From: an uncultured Anaerolineales bacterium
Lineage (GTDB): Bacteria > Chloroflexota > Anaerolineae > B4-G1
Direction: 5' to 3'
DNA: 64,000 nucleotides
Assembly (NCBI GenBank): GCA_964474655.1
Contig: CAYYTU010000001.1
Coordinates: forward strand, 97,009-161,008
Position numbers and translations under genes: made by a program. Below, piece by piece: positions 9,751 to 18,891 of this stretch (positions within the stretch are counted from its first letter, which is position 1; every line of letters begins with the position of its first letter). The notes beneath the pieces were generated by a model. The model was not told the origin of the DNA. It made no database searches and saw only the letters and a list, made by a program, of their open reading frames with translations.

Positions 9751-11112
9751 TTATAGTAGCAGAGGCCCCAGCACGTAATACGCCAGCCCAAAGTAGATCA
9801 ACAGACCGGTGATGTCCTTGATAGTGGTGATGATCGGGTCTGCTCCGACGGCCGGATCTGCCCCTAGCTTGGTCAGCAAATAAGGTATCAGGAAGCCCAG
9901 CGTAGTCGCCAGGGTTATGGTCAGGGTCAGTGAGAACCCGACCACCAGACCGAGGGAGACCATACCATGCCAGATGACCGCGATGCTTCCGGTGATCAGC
10001 CCCAAAGCAGCGCCTATGCTCAGGCCGACGCCCGCTTCGCGCAGCAGGTGCTTGCTAAACTGGTGCAGGTTGATATGTCCCAGCGCCAGAGCCCGGGCGA
10101 AGATGGTCGTGGATTGGGTCCCGGCGTTACCGCCCATGTCCATCACGACTGGGATGAAGACCGCCAGCACCGGAATACCCTGGAGAGTGGCCTCGAAGGC
10201 ATCGATCACGGACCCGGCCAGCAATCCGCCGACCATCGTGATCAGCAAGAAGGGGATGCGCACCGGCCAGATGTCCGACAGCGCGCCGTTCACCAGGCGG
10301 TAGCTGCGATGCGCATCGCCCTTCAATGGAGTCAGAGCAGCCTTGTCGAAGAAGTCCTCGGTGACCTCCTCCTCCATAATCTCCATCGCGTCATCGATGG
10401 TGATGACGCCCACCAGGCGCCGGTCGTGATCCACGACGGGCAGGCTCAACAGGTCGTGGTGCTGGAGCAAGCGGGCGGCCTCCTCCTGGTCGGTGTCGGT
10501 GCTGGCCCAGATCACCTCGGTATCCATAAGTGAGGCTATACTCTCGTTCGGCCTGGCCAAAACGAGGCTTTGGAGGGAGACTTTTCCCAGCAAGCGTCTT
10601 TCGGCGTCGGTCACATAGAGGATGTGGATGGCTTCCTGGCGTCCCACCTGGCGTATCTTATCCAATCCTTCCGCAGCTGTCATACCGTGGGAGAGCCGTA
10701 CGTACTTGGGCGTCATAACGCGCCCGGCGCTCTCCGGCTTGTAGCCCAGGAGCAAGTTGACCTGATCTCGCTCGTCAGGTGGCAGAGCTTCGACCAGGCG
10801 CTTGGCGATGGCAGCCGGTACTTCATCTAACAGACGGACCCGATCGTCAGGGGCCAGCGCGGTGAAAATGCGGGTTGCTTCCTCTTGGGTGAAAGAGGAG
10901 ATGAGGTGTTGACGCTGCTCGACGTCAAGCTGCTCGAAGAGTGCCAAAGCCTGGTCCTTGCTCAGCAGGCGGAAGATGACGACGCGCTCGTCGGGCGTCA
11001 GATTCTCAACCAGAACCCGTAAATCATCCATATCGGGTCGGTTGAGCGTAGATTTGAGCTTTTGCACCTCCCCCGCCTCCAGCTGCTTTTTGGTGATTTG
11101 ATAAAGGTCCAT
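9751..11112 (-). CDS. mgtE: magnesium transporter MgtE
   Basis: 453 aa: N-terminal MgtE_N, tandem CBS domains, C-terminal MgtE membrane domain (PVVMDMGGNAGTQS). Confidence 0.9.
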   Translation of the reverse strand: MDLYQITKKQLEAGEVQKLKSTLNRPDMDDLRVLVENLTPDERVVIFRLLSKDQALALFEQLDVEQRQHLISSFTQEEATRIFTALAPDDRVRLLDEVPAAIAKRLVEALPPDERDQVNLLLGYKPESAGRVMTPKYVRLSHGMTAAEGLDKIRQVGRQEAIHILYVTDAERRLLGKVSLQSLVLARPNESIASLMDTEVIWASTDTDQEEAARLLQHHDLLSLPVVDHDRRLVGVITIDDAMEIMEEEVTEDFFDKAALTPLKGDAHRSYRLVNGALSDIWPVRIPFLLITMVGGLLAGSVIDAFEATLQGIPVLAVFIPVVMDMGGNAGTQSTTIFARALALGHINLHQFSKHLLREAGVGLSIGAALGLITGSIAVIWHGMVSLGLVVGFSLTLTITLATTLGFLIPYLLTKLGADPAVGADPIITTIKDITGLLIYFGLAYYVLGPLLL

Positions 11113-11167
11113 CGGTAGCCTCCAGTATAAAGTTAGGTGACGTGCTTGTTTAAGCCAGATAACGGGC

Positions 11168-11195
11168 TGGTCAAAGACAGTTTACCAATACTCTC
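11168..11195 (-). promoter_or_regulatory. candidate sigma70-type promoter for mgtE (TTGACA-16nt-TAAACT on minus strand)
   Basis: Reverse complement reads TTGACAccaaggagagtattggTAAACT about 55 nt upstream of the mgtE ATG. GGAGG SD precedes the ATG. Confidence 0.3.
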
Positions 11196-11308
11196 CTTGG
11201 TGTCAAGTTAGTCTGCTCCGTTTACCCGTCGCGCTATTATGTTGACTTCTGACCCGATACTGGTAGAATAGCTATGACGTGTATGTGGATTAGGCCATTG
11301 AGACTTCA

Positions 11309-11456
11309 CTCCTGCAGCCTAGTGACTCCAGACTTCGGAAGTCTTCGTTGAGGATTTTGGATGCAAAATAACCCCGCTTTGCTTCCCAATTGGGTTCGCA
11401 AACCACATTTTAAGACTTCCGATGTCTCTGTTCCTCAAATTTGAAACGTGCAGGAG
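11309..11456 (-). repeat. MITE-like ~150-bp intergenic repeat, copy A (inverted relative to copy B)
   Basis: Reverse complement aligns nearly base-for-base with 43686..43835. Terminal inverted repeats CTCCTGCA(C/G)...CTGCAGGAG. Internal palindromes GACTTCGGAAGTC and GCTTCCGAAGTCT. Confidence 0.8.
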
Positions 11457-11930
11457 GCAAGTTGAGATGGCACTGGATAGCCTGTCACGATCTGGCAGCA
11501 TGTGGTGTACGGCTAATCCCTCCTTATGCTTATCTGTCCGTATCAGATTGTTTTAATTGGCATCGCAATCGATCGAGCGGACATCAACCAATCAATCTAC
11601 TCACAGCTCCGCATCTTCCTTATACTTCCGGTAACTTCCAGCCTCCCCGGCCTGGGGGGTCAAGATGACCTATATTCTTAATCTTTCCCAATTGACATTG
11701 GGTCTGTTGTTGATCCAGACAACCCGTGGCGTTTCCGGCTGCCTCGCTGGTAGTGGGGGCTTCCGGCGCTTGCTTCTGAGCGTGTGTGGTGAAAAGCGCC
11801 CCCACGCGGTAGCAGGGCAAAAAGGGCCTGGCCAAGAGCCACTGACTGCTGGAAGGGAGGTGAGCTATCGAACGAACCGTTGGAAAGCGTATTTGCACAT
11901 CGTTCAACATCTCACAAAATAAGGAGGATT

Positions 11931-12905
11931 ATGATGGCTGAGTATAGCAAAGAACAACTTCTCTGGATGTACGAGCGGATGCGCACCATCCGCTCGTTCG
12001 AGGATCAAGTGAGCGAATTGTTCGCCGAGGGCAAGATACCGGGCTTTGTGCACCTGTACGCCGGTGAGGAGGCCATCGCCGTCGGCGTCTGCTCGCAGCT
12101 GACCGACGACGATTACATCACCTCCACCCACCGCGGACACGGCCACTGCATCGCCAAGGGCGTCGACGTCAAGGAGATGATGGCCGAGCTCTACGGCAAG
12201 GCCACCGGCTCCTGCAAGGGCAAGGGCGGTTCCATGCACATCGCCGACGTGGACAAAGGGATGATGGGCGCCAACGGCATCGTCGGCGGTGGCGGGCCTC
12301 TGTCCTGCGGCCCGGGCCTCACGGCCAAGGTGCTGGGCAAGGATCACGTCGCGGTCTGCTTCTTCGGCGACGGCGCCTCGGAGCAGGGCACCATGCACGA
12401 ATCGATGAACCTGGCTTCCATCTGGAACCTGCCGGTGGTCTTCGTCTGCGAGAACAACGGCTTCGCCGAGTCGACCCCGGTCGAGTACCACGCCTCGGTC
12501 AAGGACATCGCCGACCGCGCCACTGCCTACGGCATGCCCGGCCTCTCCGTCGACGGCACCGACATCTTCGCCGTCACCGAGGCGGTCAGTGAGGCCATCG
12601 AACGTGCCCGCCAGGGAGAGGGACCAACGCTGATCGAGTGCAAGGCCTTCCGCTACTACGGCCACTTCGAGGGCGACGCCGTGACCTACTACACCGACGA
12701 GATGCGCGAGGATTTCCGCCAGCGCGATCCGATCAATAAATTCCACGAGAACGTCCTGGAACGCGGGCTGGTCTCTGAGGAGGAGCTAGACGCCATCGAC
12801 GAAAAGGTCGAGAGCCTGATCGACGAGGCCGTCATCTTCGCCGAGGAAAGCCCGATGCCGACGCCCGATGAACTGACCACCGACGTCTACGTCAGTTACG
12901 CCTAA
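11931..12905 (+). CDS. TPP-dependent 2-oxoacid (pyruvate/acetoin) dehydrogenase E1 component alpha subunit
   Basis: E1 alpha signatures (YRGHGH-type HRGHGHC, GDGASEQG, ENNGFAE). AAGGAGG SD at 11921-11927. Confidence 0.9.
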   Translation: MMAEYSKEQLLWMYERMRTIRSFEDQVSELFAEGKIPGFVHLYAGEEAIAVGVCSQLTDDDYITSTHRGHGHCIAKGVDVKEMMAELYGKATGSCKGKGGSMHIADVDKGMMGANGIVGGGGPLSCGPGLTAKVLGKDHVAVCFFGDGASEQGTMHESMNLASIWNLPVVFVCENNGFAESTPVEYHASVKDIADRATAYGMPGLSVDGTDIFAVTEAVSEAIERARQGEGPTLIECKAFRYYGHFEGDAVTYYTDEMREDFRQRDPINKFHENVLERGLVSEEELDAIDEKVESLIDEAVIFAEESPMPTPDELTTDVYVSYA

Positions 12906-12921
12906 AAGGAGGGAGACGACC

Positions 12922-13941
12922 ATGACGAACCGGACTTTGACGTTTCGAGAAGCGCTAAACGAAGCCATGCGGCTGGAGATGCGCCGCGACCCCACTGTGA
13001 TCCTGATGGGTGAAGACGTGGCCGGCGGCGCCGAGCTCGAGCATGTGGAAGGTGAGGGCGAGGAGGCCTGGGGCGGCGTCCTGGGCGTCACGGCCGGGCT
13101 GGCCAAGGAGTTCGGCCGCGACCGCGTGCTCGACACGCCCATCAGCGAGTCGGCCTTCATCGGCGCCTCGGTCGGCGCCGCGGCCAGCGGGCTGCGGCCC
13201 ATCGCCGAGATGATGTTCGTCGACTTCTTCGGCGTCTGCATGGACCAGATCTTCAACCAGGGCGCCAAGCTGCGCTACATGTTCGGCGGCAAGGCCGAGG
13301 TGCCCATCGTGATCCGCACCATGATCGGGGCTGGCTTCCGCGCCGCTGCTCAGCACTCGAGCTCCCATTACTCGGTCTTCACCCACATGCCGGGGCTGAA
13401 GGCCGTCGTGCCCGCCACGCCGGCCGACGCCAAGGGCTTGCTGGCGGCCGCCATCCGCGACGACGACCCGGTGCTCTTCTTCGAGCACAAGCTGCTCTAC
13501 GACACCGAGGGCGAGGTGCCGGAGGGCGAGTACGTCATCCCGCTGGGTCAGGCCGATGTCAAGCGCGAGGGCAGCGACGCCACCATCGTCGCCATCGGGC
13601 GTATGGTCTTGCTGGCGCTACAGGCCGCCGAGCAGCTGGCCGACGAGGGCATCGCGGTCGAGGTGATCGACCCGCGTACCCTCTCCCCGCTGGACGAGGA
13701 AACGATCGTCGATTCGGTCAAGAAGACCCATCGCTTCATCGTGGTGGACGAGGATAACCCGCGCTGCAGTATGGCGACCGATCTGGCCGCGCTGATCGCC
13801 ACCGCGGCCTTCGACTATATGGACGCGCCGCCACAGATGGTGACGGCGCCCCACGCGCCGGTGCCCTTCAGTCCGGCCCTGGAGGATGAATATGTCCCCG
13901 GCGTGGCCGACATCGTGGAGGCCGTCAAGTCGGTGGTCTAG
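12922..13941 (+). CDS. 2-oxoacid (pyruvate/acetoin) dehydrogenase E1 component beta subunit
   Basis: Transketolase-like E1 beta (MGEDV...DTPISE, C-terminal domain). About 15-aa acidic insertion near the N-terminus. Confidence 0.9.
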   Translation: MTNRTLTFREALNEAMRLEMRRDPTVILMGEDVAGGAELEHVEGEGEEAWGGVLGVTAGLAKEFGRDRVLDTPISESAFIGASVGAAASGLRPIAEMMFVDFFGVCMDQIFNQGAKLRYMFGGKAEVPIVIRTMIGAGFRAAAQHSSSHYSVFTHMPGLKAVVPATPADAKGLLAAAIRDDDPVLFFEHKLLYDTEGEVPEGEYVIPLGQADVKREGSDATIVAIGRMVLLALQAAEQLADEGIAVEVIDPRTLSPLDEETIVDSVKKTHRFIVVDEDNPRCSMATDLAALIATAAFDYMDAPPQMVTAPHAPVPFSPALEDEYVPGVADIVEAVKSVV

Positions 13942-14028
13942 GATATCGCACACAAACGGACAGAGGGAGCCGCTTCCCGGGTGGGAAGGCTCCCTCTGTC
14001 GATAGGTAGCTACGATAGGACAGGTATT

Positions 14029-15027
14029 ATGTCAACAGTGGGAATCGTCGCCAATCCGGCCTCCGGCAAGGATATCCGCCGCCTGGTGGCCCGCAGCTCG
14101 GTCTTCGATAACAACGAAAAGGTCAACATCCTGCGCCGCCTCCTGCTGGCGCTGGACGCGCTGGGAGTGGAGCACGTGATCTTTATGCCCGATTACTACG
14201 GGCTGGGCGAGCACGCCCTGAAGCACGTTGAGCTCGCGCTGGCGGTCTCGTTCCTCGATATGGAGGTGCGCGCCGATGAGCGCGATTCGGCCGAGGCCGG
14301 ACGCCGCTTCCGCGAGATGGGAACCGAATGCATCATCACGCTGGGCGGCGACGGCACCAACCGGGCCGTGGCCAAGGGCTGCGGGCAGGTGCCGCTGGTG
14401 CCCATCTCTACCGGCACCAACAACGTGGTGCCCTGTATGGTGGAGGGGACCATCGCTGGCTTGGCGGCCGGCCTGGTTGCCAGCGGTGACGTCGATCTCG
14501 ACCGCGTCAGCCATCGCTCCAAGCGGCTGGAGGTCTATCAGGAGGGCGAGCTGATCGACATCGCGCTGGTCGACGTGGTGGTGACCAGCGAGCTCTTCAT
14601 CGGCAGCCGCGCGCTGTGGGACCCGGACACGATCCGAGAGATCGTCCTGGCCCGGGCCGAGCCGGGCAGCATCGGCATGTCGGCCATCGGCAGCCAGATT
14701 CGGCCCATCGGCCTGGAGGATGAGATGGGCATGCATCTGCTGATCGGCCCTGAGGGCACGAACGTCCTGGCGCCGGTCGCGCCGGGCCTGGTGACCCAGG
14801 TCTGCATCCGCGAGCATCAGATGCTGACGCTGGGCGACGAGGTCGCGCTGGAGGCGATGCCTTCGACGGTGGCCCTCGACGGCGAGCGGACGCTGAAGGG
14901 CTTCCCGGAGCACCCGATGACGGTGCGCCTGACGAATAATGGTCCGCGGGTGGTGGACATCGACGCCTGTATGGAGGAGGGTATCCAGACCGGCGCCTTC
15001 CGACGCCGCTGCGCGGTCGATTTCTAG
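14029..15027 (+). CDS. ATP-NAD kinase-fold protein (AcoX-like, acetoin-operon associated)
   Basis: ITLGGDGT motif of the NAD kinase/DAG kinase fold. Position between E1 and E2 matches acoX of acetoin catabolic operons. Confidence 0.6.
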   Translation: MSTVGIVANPASGKDIRRLVARSSVFDNNEKVNILRRLLLALDALGVEHVIFMPDYYGLGEHALKHVELALAVSFLDMEVRADERDSAEAGRRFREMGTECIITLGGDGTNRAVAKGCGQVPLVPISTGTNNVVPCMVEGTIAGLAAGLVASGDVDLDRVSHRSKRLEVYQEGELIDIALVDVVVTSELFIGSRALWDPDTIREIVLARAEPGSIGMSAIGSQIRPIGLEDEMGMHLLIGPEGTNVLAPVAPGLVTQVCIREHQMLTLGDEVALEAMPSTVALDGERTLKGFPEHPMTVRLTNNGPRVVDIDACMEEGIQTGAFRRRCAVDF

Positions 15028-15092
15028 ACGCAGCGCGAAATCCCAGAGAACCGTACAAGCATACGAGAAGTAGCAGACAAGGAGTGTGCAGA

Positions 15093-15398
15093 ATGGCATT
15101 GAAAGCAGCCTTCATCTTCCTGGCCCCCGAGGTCGATCCCGAGCAGCATCGTAAGACCGTGGTCACGCCCGAGGTCGAGCTGACCGCCGTGGCCGTCAAC
15201 AATTACGACGAAGCCGCAGCCGTCTGCCAGCAGCTGGTCGAAGAGGGCATCGGCGCCTTCGAGCTGTGCGGCGGCTTCGGGCACGCTGGCACCGCCCAGG
15301 TCGCCGAGGCCGTCGGCGACAAGGCCGCCGTCGGCGTCGTCCGCTTTGATCATCACCCCGGGCTCGACTTCAAGAGCGGCGACGAGCTGTTCCGATAG
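15093..15398 (+). CDS. conserved hypothetical protein (~100 aa)
   Basis: ATG at 15093 preceded by AAGGAG. No recognisable catalytic motif. Embedded in the dehydrogenase operon. Confidence 0.5.
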   Translation: MALKAAFIFLAPEVDPEQHRKTVVTPEVELTAVAVNNYDEAAAVCQQLVEEGIGAFELCGGFGHAGTAQVAEAVGDKAAVGVVRFDHHPGLDFKSGDELFR

Positions 15399-15401
15399 TC
15401 T

Positions 15402-15833
15402 ATGAACCAGCGGAAATTCATCGTCGAGCTGGGGATGGGCGTCGACCAGCACGGTCAGGACCCCACCAACGCGGCGCGAAAAGCGGTCAAGGACGCCATC
15501 TCGCGCAGCTGCCTCACCGGCCTGATCGAGATCGCGCGGCTCAATGATATAGAACAACTCAATCAGCTGACCGTGGCGGTGCGCGTGGCCTGTCCGCAGC
15601 CGGAGCGAGTGGACGAGGCCCGCGTGCTCCAGGTCCTTCCCTTCGGACAGAAACAGATTGAGGTCGTGGAGGGCGGGATGATCGCCTCCACCGTCTACCA
15701 GCCGGAGCTGGGCGACACGACCGACGAGGCGTTCGTCGCCAACGCCACGGTGACTGTCTTCGTCGATATGGATCGCGTGCTGATGGCCTGGCGCGAGGAG
15801 CAGCCCGGGGACCAATCATCAGCTCTTGGATGA
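15402..15833 (+). CDS. Lin0512-family conserved hypothetical protein
   Basis: FIVELGMGVDQHGQDPTNAARKAVKDAI and LPFGQKQIEVVEGGM resemble the Lin0512/TIGR02058 family. Confidence 0.55.
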   Translation: MNQRKFIVELGMGVDQHGQDPTNAARKAVKDAISRSCLTGLIEIARLNDIEQLNQLTVAVRVACPQPERVDEARVLQVLPFGQKQIEVVEGGMIASTVYQPELGDTTDEAFVANATVTVFVDMDRVLMAWREEQPGDQSSALG

Positions 15834-16056
15834 CCGTTTCTCAAGCGCCGATGATGCATTCGACAGGCCCTGCGCACGGAGCTCGCAGGCGCTGAGAAGC
15901 GCCTTCTCAGGTGCTGAAAAACGCTTTCGCAGGCGTTATTTTGTTCCGGCAGGGTTTGCGACCCCGCCGCTATGGAGCGCTAGATTGATGCGTATGGATA
16001 TGGTTCCATAGCCGGCAACTTCTTGACGAACCCCCAATTTTTAAGGAGAGAGACCG

Positions 16057-17391
16057 ATGGCAAAGAAAGTGATCATGCCCAAGCTGGGTATGGCGATGAG
16101 CGAAGGCAAAGTGGTCAAGTGGCTCAAGGACGACGGCGCGGAGGTCCAGAAGGGCCAGCCGGTCGTGGCGGTGATGAGCAAGAAGATCACCTACGAGGTC
16201 GAGGCCCCGGCCGACGGTATCCTGCGCCACGTGGCCCAGCCTAAGGACGAGCTGCCCGTCGGCGGTCTGGTCGGCTTCATCCTCGCCCCAGGAGAGGAGA
16301 TGCCCGCGGTCGAGGAGGTCGCGCCGGTAGCCCCGGCAGAAGCGCCCGCCGTCGAGAAACAGAAGGAAAAGGCCAAGGAAGCGACGCCGGAAGAAGAAGT
16401 CGAGGAGGAGCCCGAGTTCGTGCGGGCCTCCCCGGCGGCCCGACGCTTGGCCGAGGAGCTGGGCGTCTCGCTGGCGCAGGTGGAGCCCACCGGCCCGCGC
16501 GGCCGCGTGGTCGAGGATGACGTCCGCCGCCACCACGAGGCGCAGGAGCGCATCCTGGCCTCGCCGCTGGCCCGTCGCATCGCGGAGGAAGAGGGGCTGG
16601 ATCTGGCCCAGGTCGAGGGCAGTGGGCCCGGCGACCGGATCGTCGAGGAGGACGTGCTGGGCGCCCTGGAGAGGCGCGAACCGTCCGCGCCGCCCCAGGC
16701 GATCCCCTTCACCGGCATGCGTGAATCGATCGCCGAGCAGATGGTCCACAGTCTGCGCACGATGGCCCAGCTGACCATCACCACCAAGGTCGACGTGACC
16801 GAGCTGCGTGAGACCCGCGCCGCGCTGCGCGAGCGTTGGGAGAAGAAGATCTCCTACACGGACCTGCTGGTCAAGGCCGTGACGGTGGCCCTGGCCGACC
16901 ATCCGCTGCTGGGCGCCCGCCTGGAGAGCGACGAGATCCTGCTGCCGACGGCGCTCAACATCGGCGTGGCGGTGGCGCTGGAGGAGGGACTGATGGTGCC
17001 CGTGATCCGGGACGCCGACCAGCTCACGGTGCCTGAGATCAGCGACGCGATCAAGGACCTGGCCCAGCGGGCTCGCTCCAACGAGCTGAGCGTGGACGAG
17101 GTGACCGAGGCGGTCTTCACCGTCACCAATATGGGGATGTTCGGTGTGGACGCCTTCACACCCATCATCAACCCGCCGGAGGTGGCCATCCTGGGCGTGG
17201 GGCGCATCGTCGAAGAGGTGGCCTGGGTCAACGGGCAGGCCCAGCCGCGGGCGATGATGACGCTCAGCCTGACCATCGATCATCGCGTGGTCGACGGCGC
17301 GCCCGGGGGCGCCTTCTTGCAGACGCTGACGCAACTGCTGGAGCACCCGGCCCTGATCTTCGCAGGCGACCAATCGCAGGAAAAGGAGTAG
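16057..17391 (+). CDS. dihydrolipoamide acyltransferase E2 component (lipoyl domain, two tandem E3-binding domains, catalytic domain)
   Basis: Lipoyl-lysine domain (MPKLGMAMSEGKVVKW). Two PSBD repeats (ASPAARRLAEELGVSLAQVEPTGPRGRVVEDDV and ASPLARRIAEEEGLDLAQVEGSGPGDRIVEEDV). Catalytic DHRVVDGA motif. Confidence 0.9.
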   Translation: MAKKVIMPKLGMAMSEGKVVKWLKDDGAEVQKGQPVVAVMSKKITYEVEAPADGILRHVAQPKDELPVGGLVGFILAPGEEMPAVEEVAPVAPAEAPAVEKQKEKAKEATPEEEVEEEPEFVRASPAARRLAEELGVSLAQVEPTGPRGRVVEDDVRRHHEAQERILASPLARRIAEEEGLDLAQVEGSGPGDRIVEEDVLGALERREPSAPPQAIPFTGMRESIAEQMVHSLRTMAQLTITTKVDVTELRETRAALRERWEKKISYTDLLVKAVTVALADHPLLGARLESDEILLPTALNIGVAVALEEGLMVPVIRDADQLTVPEISDAIKDLAQRARSNELSVDEVTEAVFTVTNMGMFGVDAFTPIINPPEVAILGVGRIVEEVAWVNGQAQPRAMMTLSLTIDHRVVDGAPGGAFLQTLTQLLEHPALIFAGDQSQEKE

Positions 17392-17394
17392 ACG

Positions 17395-18780
17395 ATGAGC
17401 GAGAGACAAGACCTGGTGGTCATCGGCGGCGGTTCCGGCGGGTTTGCCGCGGCGATACGCGCCGCGCAGCTGGGCGGCAAGGTGACCGTGGTCGAGGAGC
17501 GATACGTGGGCGGCAATTGTATGAACAAGGCCTGCATCCCCCTCACGTTCCTGACCACGGTCGGGCACGTGGCGGAGACGATTGAAGGCGCCGGTTTCTT
17601 CGGCATCGAGGTCGACGAGCCGACCTTCGATATGGCCGCGCTCCACGACCGGCGAGAGTTGCTTATCGAAGGGCTACGGATGGGCACGGAGGAGCAGCTG
17701 AGCGATTACGGCGTCCGGCTGGTCGAAGGGCGCGGGCGCCTGATCGACCGCGGGACGGTCGAGGCGGCCAGCGAGCGGATTGAGACGCGCAACGTGGTGA
17801 TCGCCACCGGTTCCGTCTCGGCCCCGCTGCCCCTAGAGACGGGGGGCGCCGAGCTGCCCGGCGTGCTCGATACCGACGCCGCCATCGAGCTGCGCCAGAT
17901 CCCGCTGCGCATCGCCGTCATCGGCAGCTACCCCTGGGACCTGGAGCTGGCTCAGTACTTCAACTGGCTGGGCAGCGCGGTCACGCTGATCACCGCGTCC
18001 CGGCAGATGTTGGCCTGGGATGAGGTCGTGGCCGACCGCGAGGTCTCCCAGCGGCTGGCCAAGCGGCTCCACGATAGCGGCGTGGTGGTCAAGCGCGGCG
18101 TCGATGTGGAGGCGATCCGTCAGGATGACGAGGCGCTGACCGTCGTTCTGGACGGGGGCGACGAGATCCCGGTCGACAAAGTGCTGGCGGCGCGGCGCTT
18201 CCCCAACTCCAGCGGGCTGGGCCTGCGCGAGGCCGGCGTAGCGATGGAGGAGGGCGCGGTACTGGTGGACGAGCGGATGGCGACCAACGTGCCGGGCATC
18301 TACGCCATCGGCGACGTCACCGCCGGGCCGATGTGGTCCCACAAGGCGAACGCCGAGGGCCTCGTGGCCGGGGCGAACGCGATGGGTGCCGACGAGCAAA
18401 TGGACTACGAGACCATGCCCCATTGCCTCCACACCTGGCCGCCGGTGGCCTGGGTGGGCCTGACGCAGGACCAGGCCGAGGATCGCGGGCTGGATTTCGA
18501 GGTCGGCAAGGTGCCGGTGGCCATCAACCCCTACGCTATGCTCCTCAACCAAACCGAGGGCGCGATCAAGGTGATTGCCGAGCGGGCCTATGGGCGCATC
18601 CTGGGCGTCCATCTGATCGGCCCCGGCGCACTGGACCTGATCAACGTGGCCACCGTGGCGATGCTTTCCGAGGCGACGGTCCACGAGCTGATGCGGTTCA
18701 TCCCCGCGCATCCCTCCATCGGCGAGGCGCTGGTCGACGCCGCGATGGACGTGGAGAAGCGCTCGCTCCATCTGCCGTAG
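17395..18780 (+). CDS. lpd: dihydrolipoyl dehydrogenase E3 component
   Basis: FAD GxGxxG N-terminus, redox disulfide CMNKAC, C-terminal dimerisation domain with HAHPS-like motif (PAHPSIGEA). Confidence 0.9.
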   Translation: MSERQDLVVIGGGSGGFAAAIRAAQLGGKVTVVEERYVGGNCMNKACIPLTFLTTVGHVAETIEGAGFFGIEVDEPTFDMAALHDRRELLIEGLRMGTEEQLSDYGVRLVEGRGRLIDRGTVEAASERIETRNVVIATGSVSAPLPLETGGAELPGVLDTDAAIELRQIPLRIAVIGSYPWDLELAQYFNWLGSAVTLITASRQMLAWDEVVADREVSQRLAKRLHDSGVVVKRGVDVEAIRQDDEALTVVLDGGDEIPVDKVLAARRFPNSSGLGLREAGVAMEEGAVLVDERMATNVPGIYAIGDVTAGPMWSHKANAEGLVAGANAMGADEQMDYETMPHCLHTWPPVAWVGLTQDQAEDRGLDFEVGKVPVAINPYAMLLNQTEGAIKVIAERAYGRILGVHLIGPGALDLINVATVAMLSEATVHELMRFIPAHPSIGEALVDAAMDVEKRSLHLP

Positions 18781-18782
18781 TG

Positions 18783-18838
18783 GTGAATGGCGAATAGCGA
18801 ATGGTGAATGGTGAATAGCGAATGGCGAATGGCGATTG
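18783..18838. repeat. heptanucleotide tandem repeat (GYGAATR)x~8 between lpd and lipB
   Basis: tggtgaatggcgaatagcgaatggtgaatggtgaatagcgaatggcgaatggcgattg starts directly after the lpd stop. Confidence 0.8.
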
Positions 18839-18891
18839 TGGGAGGTGTCTCTGACGGCGATTCCGCTACCGAGTATGGAGATTGAGAATCG

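Noticed and set aside
11113-11300. Possible M-box (ykoK) Mg2+ riboswitch in the mgtE leader.
   Set aside because: A GTTAGGTGA-like string is present, but on the strand antisense to mgtE. The rest of the M-box consensus is not found.
11319-11501. 60-aa ORF and its partner 43532..43801 sharing the peptide GSLKMWFANPI.KQSG.ILHP.
   Set aside because: The shared peptide is just the translation of the inverted 150-bp repeat. There is no SD and no coding context.
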